Shown one piece after another: positions 56,901-64,000 of a DNA stretch of 64,000 nucleotides. The notes under the pieces are model-generated. The model was given only the letters and a program-made list of their open reading frames with translations. It did not search any database and had not been told where the DNA came from. Positions within the stretch are counted from its first letter, which is position 1. Every line of letters starts with the position of its first letter. A program made the position numbers and the translations under genes. The stretch is taken from positions 1 to 64,000 of IMG/VR virus record IMGVR_UViG_3300008629_000003, one strand, 5' to 3'. This DNA is from a virus.

Positions 56901-57096
56901 AGTCTTTGCGGTTGCTATCTTCCGACCAGAACTGTCTATATTTCCATTTCTGCGCCCATTTTCTAGCCGCTTTGGGCGCCGGCTTAAACGACTTGTCGCC
57001 GACGCGGGTGTGTTCCTTCACTCTCACCACCTTGCCGCTCGGCAGGGTGCGAAAGTGAGACTTTACTTGGTGGGCTTTACCAAGAACAATCCGCAT
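53947..57096 (-). CDS. polyvalent protein with two ADP-ribosyltransferase domains
   Basis: LHRG..SSWS..EHEV (R-S-E type) and GIYLS..YANRYG..NP..GHDGII..EVVAF (ART-PolyVal-like). Confidence 0.8.
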   Translation of the reverse strand: MRIVLGKAHQVKSHFRTLPSGKVVRVKEHTRVGDKSFKPAPKAARKWAQKWKYRQFWSEDSNRKDFHMRFDDMKPSLPEEWGDDAAGAWKHALAYYKSHHHHHKEDVEARRRLEMFLVKKWPEMEKLVPDLNEGKTQMLLLRGGKIADLLPVIGKEIKGVARSDILKAMRGAWKTARDKQTEAKRQAALEAGPAAHEAALNEWIQDAYHDYEGNGLDSMSVGLWRHYKDAQDHGFLKPYREKLKLTEAEFLEKYKAHHEKVRASDLKEAADLARPPADEAQRTGAASEWKPLGDGLGYSRVFQGKWSTHTQVWYPDQEIRVRTMPPGGAVNWTTKGLEAAYFELEEEKKYHPVSNMSHVPNEEAKQALKHVGYDFHGLSLHYRMAFKRAQNAGGATFDDCVAAGRKSVKEAARKSGKDPDTVWKLFSLARYHGGEEALKFQWHRAALPATHAALLDALTLWTAGNVKSVRDPKQWQKKLAKPVQTLQWKAESTKQLHQQAYKVLKTLAKVEGDYAVELHRGVRLPPGAIKGLAKGAEIDLREMSSWSKQRSAAETFAATEQKDEGHTKPTKRHPVILTMKTKRGTDISGLSTFHAEHEVVVGGKIQVEKVKRRKDGTYEVRVKAVGGGNMRKAHSLLQTALDAELDKRMRTKGRRARFVLRKASAGPFLGPRGGKWADAEHTRPWKESTAAASHPAADHDLSSVYKQHGPPIPLTGQDGGPLTVYQANHGRTIHGADAGSEAGIYLSPRRKYANRYGPNLHKTHVALSNPKVVENKGEISPKDLTHADVRKLISQGHDGIIVKNPGAATSKASEVVAFSRKSLLANVNAYRDAKDAREDYEYEHGLRKARVMLRKASAGPFLGPRGGKWADAEHTRPWKETSGHAKPKVTPQYHGPMSAHPPAPNVPNVAGMELLGTFADGEIHAYVVDKPDKWFVSAVDKDSGASFFQIHLPKAKWSDRAAVLKYLAKNKKLGPSSLQKARVMLRKAHRGTPGGSKGKGVRYRHPKTGEPCTGDLHASGLDGVSVMDHKTGELHRVEHGHYVHIGDEA
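54457..55121. repeat. 86-bp direct repeats (54457-54542 and 55036-55121) flanking one ART module
   Basis: both encode LRKASAGPFLGPRGGKWADAEHTRPWKE and differ only at synonymous sites. Confidence 0.9.
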
Positions 57097-57103
57097 CGAT
57101 CAC

Positions 57104-57475
57104 CTATCGCGCGTCGGCCCACACGTTAACCGTCGTGGTCTCACCACCGCCCGGGGCAGCGTTGAGCGTTACGACAACCCCGCCAGATGCGTTCGCGTCG
57201 GCGGCCGAGACGACGTAGCCCGTGGACGATCCGCCCGACTTCGCCGCAATTGATGCGACACACTTTGCTCCCGCAAATGTGGTCCCCAGCGCAAGCGTGC
57301 CGCTCGTGTTGCTTTCACCGATTACAATCGTGCCGGTCGTGACCTTGGCCACCTCGTTGAGGCGTGTTCCGAGGCCGACCGCCGTTGCCTTGTACTGAGG
57401 TACGATTGGCGATCCGGCGCGGGCGCCGTTGAGAAATGCGAGATTTTCTGACGAAAGGGTGGGTAGCTGAGCCAA
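57104..57475 (-). CDS. small structural (decoration-like) protein
   Basis: TTG start after AAGGAGG; G/A/T-rich beta protein. Confidence 0.65.
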   Translation of the reverse strand: MAQLPTLSSENLAFLNGARAGSPIVPQYKATAVGLGTRLNEVAKVTTGTIVIGESNTSGTLALGTTFAGAKCVASIAAKSGGSSTGYVVSAADANASGGVVVTLNAAPGGGETTTVNVWADAR

Positions 57476-57487
57476 CTTGGCCTCCTT

Positions 57488-57859
57488 CTATGGTTTCTCT
57501 ATGATCCAGATTTCTAGATCGCTGGGTGTGACAGTGTTTCCGCTTAGCAAAACAGACGTAGCCAATACACCATCAACGGTATCATCGGCCAAAATCTCAA
57601 ACTTTCGCAGGTTGGCCATTAAGGTCTCCCCGGCCGCTAGGCGAAGTTTAAACGGGTTGTCGTGGCTGTAGATGAACAAGCCGATCGCGCTTGTGAAGCT
57701 GATCGCAACATCTGAGCCGGCCGCCGCTAGGAGCATTTTCTTCACCGTGTACCCGGTGAGGCTTGCTAAAGAGAGCGCCGCCTCGTCGAATTCTTTGCTA
57801 GGCTGCTCCCCGGCTTCGTTCGTATACTCGATCGTCGTTTTGCTCGTAAATGTCGCCAT
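57488..57859 (-). CDS. small structural protein
   Basis: ORF track; in the head cluster. Confidence 0.65.
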   Translation of the reverse strand: MATFTSKTTIEYTNEAGEQPSKEFDEAALSLASLTGYTVKKMLLAAAGSDVAISFTSAIGLFIYSHDNPFKLRLAAGETLMANLRKFEILADDTVDGVLATSVLLSGNTVTPSDLEIWIIEKP

Positions 57860-57860
57860 T

Positions 57861-59021
57861 TTACCCTCTATAGTGCTGCATAATTTCCGCGACGGTCTCG
57901 TCGATCGATTCTACCAGACCCTCGGCCCAATACTGAAGTGGACCACACGTACAGTTTGGATGTATCGGTCCCACCGTCGGCCCCCACGCCGCGCGGGGCT
58001 TTTTGAAGTTGCCGCCCCCCGCCTCGCGTTTCTCTATAGTAGACAGACGATACCGCTTGGAGGCGCCGGTCTCGCCCCAGATGCGCCGACACTCTTTGCA
58101 GCTCTGCGGGCTCGCCATCTTGAACACCCACGGGTCATCCTCCCCAGCGGCACGCGCGTCTGTCTTGAGCTTTTCATAGGCGCCGTGGTTATGCGCGAAC
58201 ACTAGCTCAGTTCGGGCCACCCGGTCGAAATCATTTTGTAGACTCGGGCCTTTGGTGACGGCCCTTAGCTCTTGAGCTAACCGCCCCGCACCCCATCGTT
58301 TTTCGACCGCCTTCTCGGTGGCGCCGCGGATCGCGGAATGTTCCGCCTCCGTTAAAATGCGCTGGATTTCCGTGGTAACGCCCTCCGCAGGGCGGCGCAT
58401 ATAGACCGCGGCTTTTCGCTTCGCGTAGTCCATGCTGGCCAGGTCTGTGTCGGACAACTCGGTGGACATTGCCTGCTCTATGATCTTCGCAAGGGGGGGC
58501 GTTTTCCGTATCTGATACGCCTTCAATTGCTCCAATCCCCGTCCAACGCGATAGCTCAAATCAATGAGGGAGCGATGCTTGACGTTTGGTTGGACCAGAC
58601 CCTTGCGAACAAGCTCGTCGAACCGCGGATAATTGGGCGGCACGCGCCCGGTAATTTTTGCGACTAGCGCCACCTCATGATCTTGGAGTAGCTCTAGCAG
58701 AGCGCCCTCTGTCGTCGTGGACATAGGCAACAGGCGCCCGCCGTCCAACAAGGTACGCACCTCTTCGACAAGGCGCGTACCCCACTCGCTCCAAGACTTG
58801 CGCGCGAGACCGATCAGGCGGTGGAGCTCGGGGAATCGTGGATCCTCGCCCTCACCAGTAGGGACCAACGCCTTGCGTAACGGCGACGGATCAAATCCTA
58901 GATGAACACCGATCGCAGAAATGACGGCCGGGTGGTGGGCCGAGTCGATTTCGCTCAAGCCGTTTGTTGTGATGTGGAGGCGCCCCTTCCGCATCTTTAC
59001 CTGGCACTGGACGCACGCCAT
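57861..59021 (-). CDS. MuF-like minor head protein
   Basis: RVARTEL...CKECRR...PIHPNCTC; located after the portal. Confidence 0.85.
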   Translation of the reverse strand: MACVQCQVKMRKGRLHITTNGLSEIDSAHHPAVISAIGVHLGFDPSPLRKALVPTGEGEDPRFPELHRLIGLARKSWSEWGTRLVEEVRTLLDGGRLLPMSTTTEGALLELLQDHEVALVAKITGRVPPNYPRFDELVRKGLVQPNVKHRSLIDLSYRVGRGLEQLKAYQIRKTPPLAKIIEQAMSTELSDTDLASMDYAKRKAAVYMRRPAEGVTTEIQRILTEAEHSAIRGATEKAVEKRWGAGRLAQELRAVTKGPSLQNDFDRVARTELVFAHNHGAYEKLKTDARAAGEDDPWVFKMASPQSCKECRRIWGETGASKRYRLSTIEKREAGGGNFKKPRAAWGPTVGPIHPNCTCGPLQYWAEGLVESIDETVAEIMQHYRG

Positions 59022-59443
59022 TAGCCTGCCGGTGGGGGATCGTTTCGGAACTGATAATAGAGCTCCACAGGCGTCCCCGAGCCAATACCCGCCGCCGTTG
59101 ACACATACGCCCCCACATCTCCGTCGCCCCGCATAAGCTTGGGCACGATCACATTGCCGGAAGGAACAACCAGCTCCCCCTCTTCAACCCACCCGTCAAG
59201 CGTTGTCATCCCTTTGCCGGGTGATGACTGAACCCACCGACCAAACTTGACGGTCACGCCTGTTACACCTGCGGGCACCTTGACTATCCACATAAGCGAA
59301 GAGCGCCTCCACGATTTTATGCAATGGAGCACGTCTGTTGGCGGTGACTCCACGGCCACCACCTTCTTGTACGGTTCGGCCACGTCGGCCGCTGACTGCC
59401 CCTGATAGCGGGGAAACTGTGTGCCTGATTGTGCGCTACCCAT
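59021..59443 (-). CDS. hypothetical protein
   Basis: overlaps the portal stop; GAGGA RBS. Confidence 0.7.
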   Translation of the reverse strand: MGSAQSGTQFPRYQGQSAADVAEPYKKVVAVESPPTDVLHCIKSWRRSSLMWIVKVPAGVTGVTVKFGRWVQSSPGKGMTTLDGWVEEGELVVPSGNVIVPKLMRGDGDVGAYVSTAAGIGSGTPVELYYQFRNDPPPAG

Positions 59444-61286
59444 GGATGTCCTCTACGTAGATTGTGATCGGTCGGGCCTTTGTCATACCCGGGTCTTCGC
59501 CGAAAGGGTACGACGGCGCCGACTGGCCATAGCCGTCGTCCTCTTGCCCGCCCGCTGGCTGGCCATAGCCGTCGTCCTCGGGCGGCGGCCCTTGCGCGGC
59601 GTCCTCTTGCCCGGCCGCTGGCTGGCCATAGCCGTCGTCCTCGGGTGGCTGGCCTTGCTCTTGCTGCTCTTGCTGCATCGCCTCTTGCTGCTCTTGCTGC
59701 TCTTGCATCGCCTTCTGTTGCTGATAATTCACGAAGGTGGGATCCGTTGGCATGTTCCACACGTTCGCGTCGAACTTCGCTTGATCTTTTTCCGAAAGGC
59801 TATCCATCTTTTCGGGCTCAACCCAGAACCCCATCGGGCTTAACCCTTCCAACAACCTGACCTCGTTTCGGGTGATCGACGTTCGCGCACGCGTGGACAG
59901 AAGGTTGGCCTGGCTGGCCTGATCGTCCTCTGGATAAACGAATTCAAACAGAAGATCGGGGTGGCAACGCTGGACCAGGGGAGTGAGCACTGTTTGACCA
60001 AGGTGTTCCAAATCACCCTTGAGCCCCTCCTCCTTCGCGCTGGCTATTTCGTCCCCGCGGCTGGCCTCGCCAAGACGGCTACCCTGCCCGCCGTCCCACG
60101 GTTTCGCGTTGACTGTGCTTGGGTCCATTCGGTAGATAGCCGTAGAGAGCGCGATCAATAGACTGAGCCAAACCTCGTACATCATGTCTTTGTTCGGCGC
60201 CTTGAGGTCAATCTTCTGGATGGCTCCAGTGTCGGGCAGCGGCATGATCGGCGGCTGGTGGGCGCGTCGTACGCCTTGCGTAGACTCTCGAAACATATCG
60301 ACGAACGCGGCCATATCATCCGGGTGCACGTCGCCCGACACGCCGAGAATGAACTCTGACAACATGCCCTTGGTAAAAAATGATTCGTTGTAGTCCCACG
60401 CATTGATGAAGGCCAAAATCACTTGGATCGCCATTTCGACGCGGCTGGGCGGATAGCCCGCGAGGTCTATACTCGTGCGATTGACGATCGGCGCAACGAT
60501 TAGCCGGTGCCTTGGGTACACCTGCTCAAGCACGCCCTCACGCACCAAACAGAACTCCGATCCGTGCAGGTCAAAGTCTAGGGTCTCGCACGCAAGATCC
60601 AGCACGTCGGCCGTCGTGAGCTCGTTCGGGTCGTAGTGCTTGAACCATTTTGGATTATCCTCGCGCCATTTTTCCACCCATTCAAGGGTCGGCCAAATCA
60701 TCTCACCGTCAACCGCGCGGACACCAACGACGCGACGCTGGTCAAACATGCTGTGTAGCACCTCCACGACCGGCCTGTTGATCGTCAACAGGTCGTCTTC
60801 TAGCTGCATCATCAACTGAGTGAACGTCGGACAATACGTTGCGCTAGGCCGTTCAATGATCCTCTCGGCCTTTTTAATAAATCGCTTGATCTCCTCTGGC
60901 GGTTCGCGGCGGTGATCGGTATGGTCTCGGTGGATGACGCGCCAACCAACCCCGCCCGGTACGCCCCGAAATTTTCCCGACATGGCGCGAACCTGCGTCG
61001 CTCGCGCCTCGTGAATGGCTTGCAAGATCGGCGCACGCTCGCGCACACTTCGCAGCATTTTCAACGAGAAGGTCTCGAAACGGCCGTGGCCCTTTCGAAC
61101 GCCAACGCCACCGCCGTCCCTCATCATATGCCGCGGGGTGGATGGCACTGCGCTAACGGTCATATTCCGCGCGGCTTCCGAGCGAATTCGGCGCATAGCA
61201 TCGGGGGGGATAGAATACCCCCCGTCCGGGGTGCGCTCTACCCCCAGCTTGACCAGCGCATCGAGCGGGCTCTGCTTACCTGCCAC
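59436..61286 (-). CDS. portal protein
   Basis: GYPPSRVEMA...YNESFFTKG...KDMMYEVWL...YRMDPSTVN...TRNEVR, SPO1/Twort-like. Confidence 0.9.
   Translation of the reverse strand: MAGKQSPLDALVKLGVERTPDGGYSIPPDAMRRIRSEAARNMTVSAVPSTPRHMMRDGGGVGVRKGHGRFETFSLKMLRSVRERAPILQAIHEARATQVRAMSGKFRGVPGGVGWRVIHRDHTDHRREPPEEIKRFIKKAERIIERPSATYCPTFTQLMMQLEDDLLTINRPVVEVLHSMFDQRRVVGVRAVDGEMIWPTLEWVEKWREDNPKWFKHYDPNELTTADVLDLACETLDFDLHGSEFCLVREGVLEQVYPRHRLIVAPIVNRTSIDLAGYPPSRVEMAIQVILAFINAWDYNESFFTKGMLSEFILGVSGDVHPDDMAAFVDMFRESTQGVRRAHQPPIMPLPDTGAIQKIDLKAPNKDMMYEVWLSLLIALSTAIYRMDPSTVNAKPWDGGQGSRLGEASRGDEIASAKEEGLKGDLEHLGQTVLTPLVQRCHPDLLFEFVYPEDDQASQANLLSTRARTSITRNEVRLLEGLSPMGFWVEPEKMDSLSEKDQAKFDANVWNMPTDPTFVNYQQQKAMQEQQEQQEAMQQEQQEQGQPPEDDGYGQPAAGQEDAAQGPPPEDDGYGQPAGGQEDDGYGQSAPSYPFGEDPGMTKARPITIYVEDIHG
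59520..59715. repeat. low-complexity coding repeats in the portal C-terminus (EDDGYGQ x3, AMQ-QQEQQE x2)
   Basis: CTGGCCATAGCCGTCGTCCTC x3. Confidence 0.85.
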
Positions 61287-61668
61287 GGATCTCCCCCTTG
61301 ACGCGCTGCTCTACTGACCATGTTGTACCGCACTCTGGGCACTCATGCCTAGACGGAAGTGAGAGCAAGTGCAGCCTCCGGTCAAGCGTTTGCAGGAATA
61401 AAACACAGCATAACCGACCGTCAACAGTAGGGACGCGTCGACCGAGACCCGCGGCCCCTTGACGTTGCGCCTTGAGCCAAGCGTTCGGGGGGCGCTCCAC
61501 TGGTCCGTCCTGTATGACATTCGCCAGCGCCATCAGGTCGGATAGCGGATCCTCAACCTGGACCGCGACCGGGCGCGATTGTGCTTTTGTGATCCTTGTG
61601 TCACTGGCTCCGCGCGGCGCCTCAAGCGATTGAAGTTGTCGCCGGCTGGCGTCCGAAAGTCTGTCCAT
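61276..61668 (-). CDS. hypothetical zinc-ribbon protein
   Basis: CC...CPECG; between terminase and portal. Confidence 0.65.
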   Translation of the reverse strand: MDRLSDASRRQLQSLEAPRGASDTRITKAQSRPVAVQVEDPLSDLMALANVIQDGPVERPPNAWLKAQRQGAAGLGRRVPTVDGRLCCVLFLQTLDRRLHLLSLPSRHECPECGTTWSVEQRVKGEIRGR

Positions 61669-61677
61669 GTCTTCTCC

Positions 61678-63552
61678 CTACAGTCGGGGGCGGCCGACGC
61701 GCGCCACCGCCACGTCGGCGTACAGGTTCGCGTGTGCGAAATGTGGGTCGAGCCCAACGTGTTCGGCTATGATCTTTTTCTTTCCTTCGCGCTTCTTTTG
61801 CTCGTTGTCCTCGTATTCGTCGCGAAATGCCACCTTGGTCTGGTGGACCCAGTATACGTCGCGGCAAATGGGCACCGGTACCATTTCCCCGACTCGCAGA
61901 CCCGACGTGAGCGCTACCTTGCCCCCCTGAACTGGTAGCGTCTGAATGAGCGTTCGCGGATCTGGGGTCTCGTTGCCCCGCTTGACCCATCGCCCCAAGC
62001 TCCACATCAACCCTTTGGTCCGGTGGATGGAGACCGACCATTTAAACCGCGTCTCTTCTCCTTTCTGGTTTGGCTTTTTACCCGTGTCGTGCCACGTGAC
62101 CATCGGCTTTTGTTCATCCCCGCCGACGTAGCCAGCCAAAAACACACGGCCGCGAAACGCCAACGCGAATCGGTGGGCCTCGTTCCAATGGGGCAAACAG
62201 TCAATCACGGCATAGCGGACGTCGTATTCGTACATGAGCTTTCCAACCCGCTTCCACGGATCGACCGACGTACCTTCTCCGTCGTGCGCTACCTCTATGT
62301 GGATCGTCCGGTGCTTTCCGTTTGGCGCCATTTCTTTGATCACGACGCAGTTGTATCCCGCTTGAGCATCCATCCCGAGCGCCGTGTTCTTGACGTTGCG
62401 CTTGCGCCATCGGTGCGACATGTTTGCGGGCCACGGCAACGACTTGTCGACGCAACTGTGTAAATGATCCAGCGTTACCGGTTGCCGCGTCGCGTCGAGG
62501 TATGGCAACCCAAAAACGGAATTATGAACCTCTTGGATATTCACCGGCTCGGTTGGCTTGTCGATCTTTGCGATCACCCGTGACGCGGGGTAGGTGGGAC
62601 TCAAAAGCTGCGGCATCTGCCAACTATGCGCGTAATTTCCGGGGCGCTCCGGCTCCCACCATCCGTCGCGCGGCCGGGTGATGATCTCCCCGCACTTAGG
62701 GCAATAGTAGCAGGCCGGGGTCGTCCTGTATTGCTCGATCGCCCTGCCCACTAAGCCCAGGTATGGGACGCGGTCTCGGTGAAACGCGTGCTCCACTTTT
62801 CTCTTCATCATGGGCGTCGCGTTTGCCAGCTTCAAGATGCAGTCCTCGGCCTTCCGGCTTAAAACAATACCCTCGGGGCACCCGCATCCCGTATGGAACC
62901 ATCGTTGATCGCCCCTTAAAAAGTACAGATGGATGTCACTGTCGGGGTAGTTGGCGGTGCTCACCTTGATGTCGATCGGGTCTGTCTGGGCGCTGTACCG
63001 CTCCTCAGCTAGTTGAATGCTATGGTACGACATGCGGCGCACCTCATCGAACAAACACCCCCTCAACGGTAGGCCCTCTGTTGAGGTCTTGCCTTCAATG
63101 GTCAAGAAGTAGGTCGTCGACGCTCCGAGCGAGCGAGCCAATACGCGGTCGGTTCCCTTGCCGTCCCTCATGTCTTTGCCGACCCACTGTCGCAATGCTT
63201 CCGAGCCTTTGAGGAACGGGGCGTAGCGCTGCGCTGAAAACGCGGCCGGTAGACGCTCGTCTGGGAAGTAGTAGCCGAACAATGAGCCCCAATGAGCGAT
63301 GTTTGCTCGCGCTAGATAAGCCAACAACCGGCCGGTTTTACCTGTTTGGGCGCCGGCCATAAACACCTGGAATGGATGTTCGTCTTGGTACATTGGCACC
63401 ATGTGACTGTACCGCACCCAATCAAAGGGCTGACGATCGAGCCGGAGGTTGTAGTGCTGCACGAATTCGTAGCTATTCGCGCGGGGGTCTATTGGTGAAC
63501 TGCCGCCGCCCATCCCTCCGAACGCAGCGCGAGCCATTGGACCGAGGTTCAT
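61678..63552 (-). CDS. terL: terminase large subunit (GpA-like)
   Basis: AGAQTGKT Walker A, LFDEV Walker B, VSTA coupling motif, LGMD nuclease motif, DPHFAHA. Confidence 0.9.
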   Translation of the reverse strand: MNLGPMARAAFGGMGGGSSPIDPRANSYEFVQHYNLRLDRQPFDWVRYSHMVPMYQDEHPFQVFMAGAQTGKTGRLLAYLARANIAHWGSLFGYYFPDERLPAAFSAQRYAPFLKGSEALRQWVGKDMRDGKGTDRVLARSLGASTTYFLTIEGKTSTEGLPLRGCLFDEVRRMSYHSIQLAEERYSAQTDPIDIKVSTANYPDSDIHLYFLRGDQRWFHTGCGCPEGIVLSRKAEDCILKLANATPMMKRKVEHAFHRDRVPYLGLVGRAIEQYRTTPACYYCPKCGEIITRPRDGWWEPERPGNYAHSWQMPQLLSPTYPASRVIAKIDKPTEPVNIQEVHNSVFGLPYLDATRQPVTLDHLHSCVDKSLPWPANMSHRWRKRNVKNTALGMDAQAGYNCVVIKEMAPNGKHRTIHIEVAHDGEGTSVDPWKRVGKLMYEYDVRYAVIDCLPHWNEAHRFALAFRGRVFLAGYVGGDEQKPMVTWHDTGKKPNQKGEETRFKWSVSIHRTKGLMWSLGRWVKRGNETPDPRTLIQTLPVQGGKVALTSGLRVGEMVPVPICRDVYWVHQTKVAFRDEYEDNEQKKREGKKKIIAEHVGLDPHFAHANLYADVAVARVGRPRL

Positions 63553-64000
63553 TCCGAATCCACCACGGACGTCTGAATTTCTCCAATGGACGCGCGGACT
63601 CTAGCCTCAACCATTTTCAAAAACTCGCGCCGCGCGGCCTCGTCTGGAATGTACCGCAGGCTCAAATCTGTGATCGCTTGCCCAAATCGTTCGAACACTG
63701 GCAGAGCATACGCAGTCAAGAGCTCCCCGCGGGCGGCCTGACGGTGCGCCGCGTGCTGCTGCTTTCCTAGCATGTCGGCGATCTTGGCCGTGTCGTTGAC
63801 TAGGCGCTGCCGAGCAACGATCAATCCCTCCGCGTCCACTGGCTGACCGGCCGGCACTTGTTCTTGGGCCAACTCCCAAATCTCCTCGGCCGTTGGAGTG
63901 AGCGGTTGTTGTTGCAACATGTACGTCAAGACCGCCACCGGCCGGCGTGCGTCCAAGAGCTCGGGGTCATCGAGTAGATGTCCGATCGCCTGTTGACCGT
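63549..64000 (-). CDS. probable terminase small subunit, runs off the right end
   Basis: frame open to the window end; helical; ATGA overlap with terL. Confidence 0.5.
   Translation of the reverse strand, partial: GQQAIGHLLDDPELLDARRPVAVLTYMLQQQPLTPTAEEIWELAQEQVPAGQPVDAEGLIVARQRLVNDTAKIADMLGKQQHAAHRQAARGELLTAYALPVFERFGQAITDLSLRYIPDEAARREFLKMVEARVRASIGEIQTSVVDSE

Noticed and set aside
15658-63770. Numerous plus-strand ORFs across the structural region
   Set aside because: These are high-GC shadow frames opposite well-supported minus-strand genes

Overview
This window is part of a large, high-GC tailed phage genome with a contractile tail. Its head genes resemble the SPO1/Twort (Herelleviridae)-like type. 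Bases 1-15.4 kb are an accessory (early-type) region of about 35 short, mostly unknown genes that diverge from about position 2000. These genes sit between two families of repeated non-coding cassettes: 8 copies of a ~105-130 bp sigma70 promoter + 5' hairpin + RBS element, and 10 copies of a bulged GC hairpin. Most leaders share an extended RBS, (C/T)TGGAGGTTCAA. Right after a ribbon-helix-helix regulator gene, a 49-nt hairpin (14859-14907) carries the exact antisense of this RBS in its loop, a candidate regulon-wide anti-RBS sRNA. Bases 15.4-64 kb are one minus-strand morphogenesis block: terminase, portal, MuF, then ~18 kb of giant multidomain proteins (two ADP-ribosyltransferase domains, topoisomerase IB, kinase-like domain, two SNF2 helicases), then prohead protease, scaffold, major capsid, neck, sheath, tube, frameshifted chaperone, tape measure, baseplate and an Asp-box tail protein. 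The giant proteins are punctuated by [LM]xK[AGS] motifs that may be prohead-protease sites, and they share small linker modules. No tRNA, rRNA, CRISPR array, integrase or reverse transcriptase was recognised. All family calls come from motif recognition by eye; no database search was run.
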